From Octopus bimaculoides (lineage: Eukaryota): DNA of 64,000 nt. This document shows positions 10,651 to 24,200 of the stretch, piece after piece; positions within the stretch are counted from its first letter, which is position 1; each line of letters begins with the position of its first letter. The position numbers were made by a program, and so were the translations under genes. The notes below the pieces were generated by a model. The model was not told where the DNA came from and searched no databases. It saw only the letters and a list, made by a program, of their open reading frames with translations. The stretch covers positions 36,363,608 to 36,427,607 of the forward strand of contig NC_069003.1 in NCBI RefSeq assembly GCF_001194135.2, read 5' to 3'.

Positions 10651-13600
10651 ATGGATTATCATCCTGTGATACTGGCTGCTGGCACCGGGTCAAGAATGAA
10701 TGACCTCACTGCCAACACGCCAAAAGCTCTGTTGACTGTCGGAAACAAACCAATGATTTGGTATTCTATTAACATGTGTCAGAAGGCAGGTTTCCAAGGT
10801 TTGTAACCAGTTTTTGCTCTTCTAATCTATTCTGTGAATTTACGACCCTCTTCTTCATCCATCTCTTTTCTCATTAACAACAACATAGCCTTAGATCCTG
10901 ATGAAGGCCTCTTATCTTGATGCTCTCAGTTAGGACGATGGCTCTTTCCTGAATTATCTAGGATGACTGATTTTAGGGAGTGCACCATTTCAGATATTTC
11001 AAAGCCATGTCTCCAAAAACCTCCTTCAAGTAAGATGGCAAGATGCTTAGTCTTGTGGGAACTGGTGAAGCAGTGGTGACCTAGCATATAACCAACAGTT
11101 GTATTGGTTAGCAAACATAATTTTCAACTTTTGAAAAAGATTTATTTTTCAGTTCCATGTCTTGATTGATGATTTTTATATCTTGATAACATTTCAATAT
11201 TGGTGATATATTGTTTTTGTTTTGATAATTAGAGGCAATTGTACTTGTTCAAGAATCCAAACGATCTGATATAAAAAGAAAACTCGAATTTTATGAATTC
11301 ATCATAAAGCTTGACTTTGTCAGCGTTCCTGATGACAGCAGTGGAACGGCCGATGCCTTGAGACTAATTCGGAATAAAGTGAAGGTAAATCACATTTCAT
11401 TCTTTCTCCTAAAAATATTTTTAATGTCATTTTTAAATTTGACGCCTCAACCTAAAATGCTACTCTAATTTTCGTTTGTTGGACAGCTACTACTCGGTTT
11501 TGTTGTCTTTTCAGTATGACTTATTGATCATCTCCTCTGACCTTATCACCACTTTGCCTCTCCACTATTTCACCAACCATTTCAAAGCCTATGATGCCTC
11601 CTTCTTGATGCTTCTTTCACCTCTGCCAGAGTCATTTAATGAGGCCCCAGTTCCTGGAGTGAAGGTTGACAAACAAAATGGTCAGTGATTGTTTTGTATA
11701 TTTCTTTTTTTTTTTTTCCTACTTTGAGTTGATGAGGATGGTTTTGTTTTTAAATTTGCAGAATCGCTGAAACAAATGAAATGCTTTGTAGTCTTAGAGT
11801 TTTGTTCCAAGTTCAAATCTTACCTTTTTTTATCTTTTTACCATTGGCAAAAATCAATAAAACTAGCAGCATCGCATATTGGAATTGATTTCTTGGACGA
11901 TTCTCTCTTTACTAATATTTTGTGGTTTTATGCTGCTGCTAATAATGAGAATTTCTATCTTATTGCTGAAAACGGGATCATCATCATCATCATCCTAAGA
12001 CACATTTGTGCCACCTTGCTGTCTCTGAATTCCCTGCTTACCATCCTTTTAATAATGATGATTGGAGTTGGATTAGTATTAAAACTGTTTTAAATGGTTG
12101 CTAGTAATATTTCTCTCTGAACAATTAACAGAAATATCCTATCAAAACTGGATTCATTATTGTACATTTTAATTAAAATGGATTAGCTTTTGAATAATTC
12201 TTGTTCAGCAGCATTTCAGTCCTGATCCCCAATTTTTTTTTCCAAGCAATGTATCGAGAATATTATCCAAATATTCTTTATTTCAAGATTATTTGAGGGA
12301 GATTTGGCTATGATTTCTGGCAGTTCATGTGACCATGCTGTCATTGGCTTCTGTCTAAGGATCTTCTTAAAAACTCTTTCTTTCCATAAATCTGACATTT
12401 TGAAGAAAAACAAATAAATTTTATCAATTGTCTTTTCTATTTTCTCTCCTGTCTGCAGAAGGAGATGTGATTGGTCTGGATAAAGACTTGCAGCGACTGG
12501 TCTTCCACAGTAACGAAGCCGACCAAGGTGACTTCATAACGTTTAGTCACTCTTTCCTGACACAGTAAGTTCCAGTCATTTTATTTTTGGATCTTTTGTT
12601 TCAGCCACATTTAGATTGTGGCCATGCTGGGGCTCCACCTTGAAGGGTTTAGCATGGGTGAAATAGTTTTTATCAGAATGGTTTTTAATAACTGGCATCT
12701 CTGGTTATAGTGAGAGGAGTTGTGACTAGCTAAGACACCCGATTTCTGCTTAATACTGAAAATGCTAAGTGTCCAGCCGTCGACTACAAGATGTTTGACA
12801 AATGCTGAAGGTACTTCTTTATGGTCAATCAACTTGCTAGAAAAAGCAACCAAATCTCCGTATCACTTTTGCTGCTTTAAAAAAGACTATATTTGACTAT
12901 ACAGTACCTGGGTGGTCACAGCTTGGGCACCTTTTGATCACGGGTCTATTTGACCAGGTTTAACCTAGAGCCAAGCATCTAATTTTGGATGGAATGTATT
13001 TTCCTCGCAAAGAAAAATCCCTTTCTATCGTTTCACTTTCCAGAAATCTAGTTCTTTTTGTTTCTAATATTCCTTTTCCAGATGTCCGTTTATATCGTTG
13101 CGAACCGACATGACTGACTGCCATTTGTACATTATGAAGAAATGGATTTTTGAATTCCTTCTCGATAGACCGTAAGTATTCTAGAAACCACACCTGTTTG
13201 TTCTGGATTGTTGTTGGAATAGATTTTGTGGTAATTAGAGGTGACTGATAAAAACACCTACAGGTAAACCACAAACCTCTCACTGCATTACACTCTTTGA
13301 TTTGGTTTGCAATGAAGTTGTGGTGATCATTCTGTGACTGTACTGTTCTAAACTAGAGGTTTTAAAATAACCCCTTTTAAACCTGGCTACTTCATTGTAA
13401 TCACTGGTAAAACTGTAAAGATCAAATTGTGTATTGATCATCTCTCTCTCACTCTCTCTCTCTCTCTCTCAATTTGTAAATTTCTTATTTGTGGGTGTTG
13501 GGTTGATTATAATTGTTTGATTTGAACTTTTGGTTGCCTAAGGACAGAGGGAAGGGTGCTGTTTTGCTCATGGCAGGGGGTGGCCAGATAAACAAACAAT

Positions 13601-16600
13601 AAAGGTAGACAGATGACTGACCTAATTGTTAATTGAACTGTAAATTCTAATGGAATTCAGGGGTTTAACAAACATCCCCCACCTATTTACTCACTTGTTT
13701 TGACATTTTTCTCATTCTTTCCCCTTTATTTCTCTCTGGTTGACTTTCTGTTGTTGATGGCTTGTCTATACTGAACTGGGATGGTCTTTATAAACCAGGG
13801 ATTCTAATAAAAGAAAAAAAAGAGGTTTTGTGTGTATTTTTTCTGCAGCTGGATGCTCTTCATATCATAATCTCTCAACTGTGAAATAGAAAAGCTTTTT
13901 GTTCACACTTGAGCAAGCAAAATCCTCTCCTCCTCCTCCTGACAACACCAACATTGGTTATTAATAAAATGTAAATTTTATGACCAGGAGAATTTTATTG
14001 AACCAGATTAAGGATTAGACATATTTAAGGGTTTATTACTGTAGACTGAATATTTTATCAGAATTTAGTTTCATCATTATCTTGAACTCAAAACACTTGG
14101 ATTGGGGACTTGGGTTTTAATTTAGGAGTATCTTGCTCATGATCACTCAGTGCTGCATAGTGCTGTGTGTTATGGAGCCCAGCCCTCAAAATCAGTAACA
14201 ATTAGACTAAAGGGGACCTGCTGGGACCTAACCCTGCTGTTACATACCCCCCCCCACACACACACTGTAACTATTAGCTTGATATTCTACCTCAGAACCC
14301 AGAAAGAGTAAAACTGCTAATGCACATGCACACACACATACACACACACAGCTTTACCCAGCATCAATTAGTTTTATGTTTGTAAAATGAATTTTTTATA
14401 TTCTTTATTGGCACAAGTCTTAAAATGTATAAGTGGAGTATAAACTCTGTCATGAAATCCAAACAGGGTTTCAAACTTAAGAACCCGATTATTGCAAATG
14501 GTTTTGTGTTGAGACATTCACCAGACGATCCTGATTGTTGTTGTAATTCTTCTTCTGTTTCCATTTGTTACTGCAGGAAGATCACAACCCTCAAAGGTGA
14601 ACTGGTCCCTTACATTGTGAAAAAGCAGTTCTCTAAGAACAAGTCAAAGAAAGATGTCCCAAGTGAAGGATTGAGTAAGAAAAGAGGTAAAAAATAATTT
14701 TAAATGAATTTCAGTTAATAATCCAAAAAAACTATAATCCCGTTAACATCTAGATACAAGCTGCTTTAAAAGTTTACATCTATACAACATTTTGATTGTT
14801 CAGTTCTCCAAACATCATTTTTAAGTCTCTTTCCTGGACCTGTATTCAGCAGATAAAAACATTATTGGTTTTAAAATAAAATATTGTTTCAAATCCAATT
14901 CAGTTCTGTGTATGCATCCAATAAAATAACTGAGAATCGGACCAAACTGATCTGAACTTTATGTAGGTGGAAATATTTAAGCTACAGATTTGTGAGACAG
15001 ACTACTTAACTACAAGATCATGGTTATAGTCATTCCTTGACTGTTGAAGAAGTCTGAATGTCTTTGGGCCAAGAATGGGAAGGAGAGATGGGATTTAAAA
15101 AGAAAAAAATGTCGAGAAGCAAAACGGGGGTTTATTTTTTCATCATTCTTTTGTGTTTATCCTTTTGCAGACATTTACAGCTACATTCCAAAGAGTTTCC
15201 TCGCAGAAGCATATCAACTGACGTTAAGCAATAAGGTATCCCCTACGTATCATGAAGAGATACACTGTTACGTGTACATCCAAGAGAAAGGGTTCTGTGT
15301 CCGAACCAACACCCTAGCAAACTATGCTGAAGCCAACCGACAGGTAATTTGTGCTGCTGTTTATCACTCTTTCGACGACATCCACTTAGTCATGCGTGCA
15401 TGGGTCAGACAGGTTTTTGTGCTCAGATGCTTTCCCTTTTACCACCCTTCAAATGTTTCCAAGGAAAGTAATATTTTCCCAAGGCTAGACAGGTTTCCAC
15501 AAAACATTTTGGCAATGACTTACACCACTTCTTTGAAGGTGAGACTTGTTTACAACTGTTATGCTATGCCAAGTCAAGGAAACGCAAAAACATGTACACA
15601 CACACACACACACACCGCGCATGCACCCACCGCACTGCACACACACCATACACCCTTTATTTCCCAAATCATCCTTTCGCAATGCTTTAGTTGACCTGAG
15701 GCTATATCAGAAGACACTTGTCCAAGGGGCCAAGCAAGGGGACTGAACCTAAAACCCTTTGGTAGGGATGCCAACTTCTTAACCATACTGCCATACCATT
15801 TATGTATTCTCTTTATTTATGGTAATCCAAATACTGGGTCCTAAATAAATAACAGATTAACACTCGTTAATATTCTAGAATAATTATTTTTTTTTTGTAT
15901 TCTGTATTTCTCAGATCCTGAAACATTTCCCAGAATTGATGCCACCTGGAACCTTATCTAAGATTACAGCAGGCAAATCATCAAAGGTAAAAAGTCTGTT
16001 TTCTTTATCCTGGAAGTAGGTCTGGTTAAAAACTGCAGTTCTAACATGTTGGCATTTGAGAAAGAGATTTTCTCTGCAAAACTCTCAATAGGGTAGGGTG
16101 GGGGCTGAGAATTTTGTGCCTGAGATTGTCAATTGGAAGATGGCTGCTGGTTTGGTCCGACTAGCTGCAGCAACTTAAGATGGCTGGCCAAAGATGGTGG
16201 CCAGCTTCCAAGTAGTTTCTATTATTACTTGATCTTGGGATTATTGAACTAATATTCACTGTATTGACCCAAGACGTCTTGGCACCCTTTTTTTTTTTTT
16301 TTTTTTTTTTTTNNNNNNNNNNGAGGTTTGAAAAGGGGCAGGATAGATACGGTCCTGTAGAACTATTGTAGAAGCAGCAACTATGATCCTTTTTGTATTC
16401 ATTTTTTTCCATCTTTTGTTCTGTATTGGCCCAAATCCAGGAGACCTGTCTGCAAAAATATTCCAGTTGTGATCATGGCTTTTTGTTTTTCATACAATGT
16501 CTCATTTTTTTAGTGTGATTTAAGGTAGATTTAGCTAAATCTTCCAGTTTGTGTCTGGACTATGGCTGTGTATGGTGTTATGCTAATAAATATAGAAATG

Positions 16601-19107
16601 GAATAGTCAATTTTTTTTTTTCACCTTTTATTCTACCAAGTTGTTGAATTTTAAAGTTTTCTACTTAAAACTCTTTATTTTCCTCCTCTTGACCAGATTG
16701 GTGATGAATCGTTGCTGGATGGAAGTGTTTCCTTAGGCAAAAATGTGTCCATCACGCAATCAGTGATTGGTGCTTACTGTAAGATTTATGATAAAGTGAA
16801 GATTACTAATTCTGTCATTTTGGATCATACAGAAATTGGCGAAGGGTAAGTGTAACAGCCGCTTTGGTACTAACAATTGTGTGGTGGGGTGGGGTGGGTT
16901 GACAAACTGACTTTATTTTATATAAATTAATAGCTGACAGCTTTCTTAACTCTCACCTCAAACTACTATTGGTTTCTCTTTTCCTACACTCAACAATATG
17001 TAACATATTACTTCTACATACAGATATCTTTTACAGCAACCCTTAACAGGTGAATCCTTTCACAGACCACAACTGCTAGCAGCACGACAGTTATTAAGAA
17101 TAAATATTGTCTGTTCATAAACTCTGGTTTATAAAATGGCCATTTGTGCTGCTAGTGACGCAAATAACTATTCCATGCTTGCACGAGTCGGACAAAACTT
17201 CCATTGACGCAGAATTTTCTGATGCCAACCATCATTTGTTTCAATTCAAGGTAATAATTCCCTCAGTCTATTGAACAACAAATGTTCTGGACATGTTTTT
17301 GCAAAGGACTGAACAAACACTGTATGAAGAGTTAGGTTTTTAACTTCTAAACCTTTATTTTCAACAAGATCTGGTAGCCCTGCAGGCTTGTCAAGCAACT
17401 ATCACATTTAGGACAAGACTGTCCCAGTTGTTTAGTGTCAAGGCCATCTGCTTGTTGAATGACTCAATTTAATAGTTTCAATTACATCAGACACTTGAGT
17501 TACCACAACTATTTTCACCATTGAATTAGGAATTATGTTATATTATATATAATATAATATGACATATAATATATATAGAGAGAGATTAGATAACAATTAT
17601 TGCAGTCACTTGTAAATGCTCTCTTTACTAAGTTAACCACATGAGAGTTTACTACTGCTGACAGCATTGTAATGGTTAACGCTACTCTGGTTTTCTAAAA
17701 CCTGTCAGCCATTGGTTCATCTCTTCACACCTAAAGCCAACACTAATGAGGACTCCTCCTACTGTATAATTTTTTTAGTATGTAAACTTCTTCCTGCAGC
17801 CATAATGTGTCTGTGCCTATAACTATCGATTTCAACTAATATGAAAGCACTTTTTCCCTGTTGTTCATGGTTTTGTTGGTTGCTCCATATTGGACTGCAG
17901 CAAAACCTGATGATCCCAGCATTTCACTAAGCATTTCCTCTAATTAGTCATTATTTGGTGAGTTTGCTGTATGATATACTTTACCTAACTCTAAAGCTGT
18001 GTTAAAACTATTTAATTCTTGAAATTTTCCAATTAAATAGAATAAATTTATACTTTATACTCTTTATTGTATAGTATTTCTGTACGAGCTTCACTGTTAC
18101 TTGTGTGTGTGTGTGTGTATATTTATTTTTGGATTTGTTTCATTTTTGATGTATTTATTGCAGGAGCATTATTGATGGGTGTATAATATGTGACAGTGTA
18201 TACATTGGTGAGAGATGTGATCTGAAGGATTCAATTGTTGGCAGCCAAGAGAAAATAGAAGCTAACAGTAAGTCTGTCTCTCTCTCTCTATCTCTTTCCT
18301 TCACCATTTAATGCCACATCTTCCATTCTGGCGTCAGAATAAATATATATAAAAGCATTGTTTATTTTGGTTTTTCTTTTCTAATCAAATACTGCAACTA
18401 ATGGTGGGGGTGGCGGTTAGAGCCTTCTAAGATTTGAACTTAGCTCAGCAAACCAACACAACACCCATTAAAATCCTTCTTGCTTGAGGAACTAAGCTGT
18501 ACTTGGTTATTTAGTTTTAAGGGAACCGTCGAATGTTTAGTGTCTTGGTTGGCCATTGATGCAGCTAGCTCAGATGACCAGTTTAGAACTGTAGATTATT
18601 ATTGTGTGAAGTACATGGAGGACTGGCCAACTCTAGCTCTGATATTAGATTTTTTTTTCTTTAAATGTTGCAAATAAGTGGTGCCCCAGTATGGCTGCAG
18701 CTTTCAAACTGAAACTAGTAAACAAAAAAAAAAACACAGAAACTCCAGAGTTCTCAACCTCAGATTTAATCCATCAGCTGCTTTAACAACNNNNNNNNNN
18801 NNNNNNNNNNNNNNNNNNNNNNNNNNNNNNNNNNNNNNNNNNNNNNNNNNNNNNNNNNNNNNNNNNNNNNNNNNNNNNNNNNNNNNNNNNNNNNNNNNNN
18901 NNNNNNNNNNNNNNNNNNNNNNNNNNNNNNNNNNNNNNNNNNNNNNNNNNNNNNNNNNNNNNNNNNNNNNNNNNNNNNNNNNNNNNNNNNCATTTACTTC
19001 CATCCAAGTTTTTAACAGATTTTTCTTTTCCTTTCTTTTCAGCCAAATTGACTCATGAATCTGTTGATACACAAATGATGAAAGAAAAAGCAAATTGGTT
19101 TTATTAA
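10651..19107 (+). CDS. EIF2B3: Translation initiation factor eIF2B subunit gamma. Exons: 10651-10798, 11233-11384, 11515-11680, 12459-12564, 13082-13171, 14577-14686, 15171-15343, 15915-15986, 16697-16845, 18164-18267, 19043-19107 (1335 nt, 444 aa)
   Basis: N-terminal nucleotidyltransferase-like motif MDYHPVILAAGTGSRMNDLTANTPKALLTVGNKPMIWYSI, then GTADALRLI, DLLIISSDLI, DCHLYIMKKWI, KGELVPYIVKKQFS, CVRTNTLANYAEANRQ, and C-terminal hexapeptide (LbH) repeats (SVIGAYCKIYDKVKITNSVILD, GSIIDGCIICDSVYIGERCDLKDSIVG). All introns are GT-AG and phases chain without stops. AATAAA at 19173-19178. Confidence 0.95.
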
Positions 19108-19329
19108 AAAAATACTGTTTATTAAATCTTTTTTTTTTCTCATCTTTGTACAGAATTTTAACTTTCCGATGAAATAAAAAAAATCTATTTATATAATTAT
19201 AAAATGTTGTTTCTTCAATTGATTTATATTGTTTGGCTGATTCTATAAAGCCTAAAGAAAACTTAGTTCCTGGATATTACTTGTCTCTCCCTTTCTTTCC
19301 TTTTTTTTTCTGTTTTGTGTGTGTGAATG

Positions 19330-19860
19330 TTGCTAGGGCACAGAATGACCAGCTGAAGTTGGTATTGAAACGTCAAATAGTTCAGCCCACTCGTCTGCTA
19401 ATAGGTAACAGTCTCAGAGGGAAAAGTAGATTGTATGATGCTTCTGTACAAATGGTTATACTCCAGGATAGTGAGATATGGGCTCTGAATGCAGAAGACA
19501 CATGTAAACAAGAGAAATGAAGTTGATATACTGTGATGGATGTGCAACATCAGTGTGCATGTACGACATTGCAAATGTGGTGAGAAGAGTTGGGCATAAG
19601 AGCAATAAGATGCAGCATGCAAGAGAGAAGACTGTTGGTTTGGTCAGGTGATGAGTATGAATGAAGACAGCTGCATAAAGAAGTGCTGATTGCTTAAAGT
19701 GAAGGGCATTTGTGGAAGAGGGAAACCCAGGGAGACATTGGATGAAAGGAGTGAAGGCTGATCTCAAGATGTTGGGCCTCACGTCGGAGATGACAATGGA
19801 CTGAGATGACTGGTGATACAAGGTTATTGAGAAGACCACCACCAACCGAAGCGAAACTGA
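19330..19860 (+). mobile_element. Degenerate RTE LINE fragment just downstream of the EIF2B3 polyA signal
   Basis: Nucleotide similarity to the 6128-7025 and 46861-47690 copies (gtagattgtatgatgc...agtgagatatgggct...ggatgtgcaacatcagtgtgcatg...agagttgggcataagag); multiple frameshifts and stops. Confidence 0.7.
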
Positions 19861-20104
19861 TTTCTGAAAGCATTGAGCATTCCACCCACATGCGGCATTA
19901 ACTTGCTTTACATACCCTACTCCAGTCAATCAAACTATGTCTCTTTTTCACACTTCTTAATGCATTATGCTTATCTCTCCCACCCTGTAGTGGGATGTGT
20001 AGCAAGATGTGATGTTGTTGATGGGTTTTTCTATATTTATATAGATATATATTCTTATCGTCATTGTTTTAACATTCACTTTTCCCTGCTTATATGAGGA
20101 GACC

Positions 20105-20360
20105 CATCTAGCCTCAAGCAAAATTGCAGTCGTAGCAAATACCAGTGTCACACTAATGGCACCTGTGCCGGTGACATGTAAAAGCACCCATTACACCCTT
20201 GGAGCACATGGTATAAGAAAGGGCATCCAACCATACAAAACCATGCCAAATCAGACTGGTGTCTGGTGCAGCCCCTCAGTTTACCAGCCCTGGACAAAAC
20301 CATCCAACCCATGCCAGCATGGACAACAGGCATTAAATGACAATAATAATGATGATGATA
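20105..20360 (+). mobile_element. RTE 3'-end / RTE-tail SINE copy with (GAT)n tail (other copies at about 427-525, 26760-26960, 28045-28185, 30290-30418, 43745-43806)
   Basis: gcacctgtgccggtgacatgtaaaagcaccc...aagggcatccaacc...aaaccatgccaaatcagactgg...catccaacccatgccagcatgga...aatgatgatgat; matches the 3' end of the 46861-47690 LINE. Confidence 0.8.
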
Positions 20361-20680
20361 TATATATATATATATATATATATATNNNNNNNNNNTATAT
20401 ATATATATATATATATATATAATGGATCAGGATTCAAGTGAATCTGGCACTTAAATGGTAAGGCACCGGGCCAGCTCGAAAAGTAAAATGAAAAGAGGAA
20501 TGCATTTGTGGGTACCGAAGTACAGGCAGACATATTCAGGTTCTGTATGCGACTAACTGTAACCAACTGAGTCTATCAATAGCCCTGAGGCTAATCCAGA
20601 AACACAAATCGTACTAAATGTAGAGTTCATAGTATACTTTGGATCTACGCAAATAGCAGGTTCCAAGTGATGCAAATGAC

Positions 20681-20989
20681 AAATAAATAAGTAACAACAG
20701 ATGGATAATGTGTCAATCCACTACAGCTGCTTCCAACGAAATTTTAATCGATTCATGGAGACATTGCACCATTAGTAAAAAAAAACTGTTTCATCAGGTG
20801 AATGCAGGAATCACAACATTCAAAAGCCAACGACTTGATGATTCTGTTGGCTTTTCAATTATGATTCGTGTATTCACTCAATGAAAACGGTTTTTTTTTT
20901 CTAATTATGTCTTCATTAATCAAATTAAAAACTTGTTGGAAGCAGCTGTAGTGGATTGACACAGTATCTATCTGTTGTTTTTATTTATT

Positions 20990-20990
<1 letters not shown>
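20681..20990. mobile_element. Foldback / MITE-like element with arms spanning the whole length
   Basis: Perfect 29-bp inverted repeat 20709-20737 / 20935-20963, imperfect pairing continuing outwards to 20681/20990 and inwards to a 14-nt loop (20832-20845). No clear TSD. Confidence 0.7.
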
Positions 20991-20994
<4 letters not shown>

Positions 20995-21034
<40 letters not shown>

Positions 21035-21110
21035 ATATGTATATATATGTATGTATGTATGTATGTGTGTGTATATATATATATATATGTATGATACATG
21101 CGTGCGTGTG
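20995..21110. repeat. (AT)n/(ATGT)n/(GT)n microsatellite about 110 bp upstream of the SLC17A9 ATG
   Basis: Directly visible. Confidence 0.9.
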
Positions 21111-21223
21111 TGCATATTTAACCTGTTGAGTAAACCTCAAATGTTTGACAAGCAGGCTGTTACCATTAGTTGGGAGAGTTGTCACTCTCACCTCTGCCTG
21201 GAACAGCTCTATGGCGTCTAAAC

Positions 21224-24200
21224 ATGGCGCAAAATTCCAAGCGAGATGACGATCGAATATGTCGGGTTCTTATTCGAGCAGACGATGAGAGGCTTTCCCC
21301 AGGGAAATACTGGACCAGGTGAGAATATGAAGAAAGATTAGATATATATATATATATATGTATATATGTCTGTGTCTGTTTGAATGTATATCTTTGTAAT
21401 TCATCTCTGCTTCCTCTTAATCTTCTGATTTAGGCACATCTTATCTCCGATTCAGCAAACGTTAAATAACGAAAGCTGTTTCATCCATGGCTATTCTAAC
21501 CTTTATTTAGACACATTATATCTAGAATTACATTAACCAGTGAGTTATTCTGTTTCCCAAAAGTTGATTGGGCGTGAGAGGTTGTAGATTTGGCTGCTAT
21601 TTCTCGCATTTTAAGCGACCACCTGCCCGGGCCTCCTTCGTTGCCTCCTTTTTCTGTTTATTTGTAGATACAAATAGATTTTAATTGATAAATAATTAGA
21701 TAACGATATTAACATTTAGTGCTCTCTTACCTCAAACTAAAAGATTATGTAATTAATTTAAATAAAAAAATATAATCACTGCAATAAGGTAATATATAAT
21801 GAATATTGTCATGACAGGTTTTGTATATTTACCGCTGGTCCTTAAATAAATAGTTAACTTCCAGTCCATGTCTATACTTTCATTATCATTCCCTTTCTCA
21901 CCTTTTCTCTCTCTACACACACACACACATGTACGATGTGACTTTTAAAGGTCTTTTACTTCCATATTCTAAATTTTCTTTCTTCATATAATTTGCTGCC
22001 AGAAAACCAAATTGGACAATTTAATGTTTCCTGTTTCATTTGTCGACGTTTACTTTACAACATTCTTCATAAACCTCCTCCAAGCTTCCACTTCTTCTTC
22101 TTCTTCTTCTTCTTCACTTACACCGTAATTTTGACAATGTAAGCAATTACACCGTGGAAGAACCATTTTCGCTCAAATTAAAAACTAATTACAGCAGTTT
22201 TTGTTTCGTGTTTTTAAAGAACTGTTTTAAGCAACATCCACGATGTAAAAACAAAAAGTTTAATCCTTTATATTTTTAATTTTCTTCCTTTCATTACGTC
22301 AGTTTAAACAACTTGGAATATTTATTGACAATTCTCGTTTCCAATGCCAGATTGATTCTTCGTATTGATAAAAGTCAAATCCAAAGGCCCCCCCCCCCAC
22401 TTTCACTCATTCTCTTTTCTATTTTATAAAAATAAACTTCTTTAATTCTTTAAATGAAATTCTGAAAGTGCCAGACTTTGCTGTTAACATATTTTTCGTC
22501 TAATATCACAAATAATTACCATTTTCCGATTTAGACACAAAGCTAACGATTTCGACGGTGGAAAGTTGGTTATATCGATCCTGGTACTTCAATGGTGTTT
22601 TATTTTATTGATCCCGAAGGGACGGAAGGCAAAATTGTTCTCGGTGGGATTTGATCTTTTGTACGCAAAGAGTCTTAACAAACACCACTAGGTATTTTCT
22701 TCCGACACTGGCGATTCTGTCAAGCTTTGCATAAACTGTAAATTAAATGTGCCAACAGAAATGGTCAACGTTTTACCTTTCTGAAACAGACTTGAATCAT
22801 TCCCATAGCTCAGTGGAATGAAATACAGATACTGGATATTATGGTAGATATGAGGCACTTAAAAAACAAAAAGTCGTGGTTCAGAAAAACCACCCTGGGT
22901 CCTATGTGCCAAGTTGAGCCTTCCGTAAACTTGAATGCATTACAAAAACATTTAATTTCTGAGATATGTGCTACAGAAATTGCGATGTGTTTATTATGCC
23001 CGTACGTCTATAATGCTATCAAATACGATAATTAACCAAACACCACAATAAAGCAAGATAGATAGATAGATATTGTCAATGATTGGTTACAATCCGATTT
23101 ACATGTTACTTATCTAATGTTTGTTTTTATGTTATTTATTTTTTTACAAAAAAAAAAAATGACCGTAAGGTGGCAGGCTATTAAGGTTAATTATAAGACT
23201 ATCTAAATTATAAACTCTTGAGATTGTATATAAGAGAGTTATCAGCATTCAGCTTTTGAAAGGCAGCTGGAAGAAATGGGGGACGAGATAGGATACTTAA
23301 ATAAGGAAATCGCGATTAGTAGGTGGCTTTAGACACCCCACCCACCCCACCGCCAAATAGACATGTTTCATGAGACACTATTAACCCCTATTCATTTTTT
23401 AATAGCAGAATCTACGAAGCATAAATCGCTAATTACTTTTAGCTTAAACAAAAGAAGAAGGCAATATGGTATTTGATTGCCCCCATCTATCTAGAACAAC
23501 TAAAATCCTTCAAAATAATAAAAAATATAGCAACAAAAAATTCCAGCATGGAAAGCAGACATTAAACGATGATGATGATGATGTTCGCATTTAAATTATT
23601 GTTTTGATTTGTAAACTGTTTCAGTTAAGCTAATCAGAGATCTTTTCTTATCTGCTCAATAAATCAGCCACAATTAGGGGCCTCTATTTATGTTTCTTGC
23701 AAAATATGAGTATTGATGTCTATTTCTTTATTGCCCACAAGGGGCTAAACAAGGACAGACAAAGGAATTAAGTCGATTATATCGACCCCAGTGCGTAACT
23801 GGTACTTATTTAATCGACCCCAGAAGGATGAAAGGCAAAGTTGACCTCGGCAGAATTTGAACTCAGAACGTAGCAGCAGACGAAATACCACGAAGCATTT
23901 CGCTCAGCGTGCTAATGATTCTGCCAGCTCGCTGCCCTTGTATTGATATCAACGATGAAACTTTTAAGTCCAGCTTTTAGAAATGTTTGATCTCTTTTCT
24001 AATCCTCTTACTGGAAAGTCATTTGCCTTTATTTTAGTTTTAGATAAATGTTTTTCTGTAACATGATATTACATGTAGACATGTTTTTCAAAATNNNNNN
24101 NNNNNNNNNNNNNNNNNNNNNNNNNNNNNNNNNNNNNNNNNNNNNNNNNNNNNNNNNNNNNNNNNNNNNNNNNNNNNNNNNNNNNNNNNNNNNNNNNNNN

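Noticed and set aside
15236-15243. GTATCCCC as a U12-type donor
   Set aside because: It lies within an open, homologous EIF2B3 exon and does not match GTATCCTT; no minor-class introns were found.
16878-16900. G-rich gtggtggggtggggtgggtt as a G-quadruplex
   Set aside because: Only three tracts of three or more G; not a canonical G4.
18791-18990. EIF2B3 last exon assumed lost in this gap
   Set aside because: A phase-compatible terminal exon with a strong acceptor, stop codon and downstream AATAAA is present at 19043-19107.
22970-23040. VYYARTSIM frame resembling SLC17A9 exon 2 (LLYCARSSM), and the idea that exon 2 was in gap 24095-24335
   Set aside because: The true exon 2 is at 25481-25607, with correct splice sites, phase and much better similarity.
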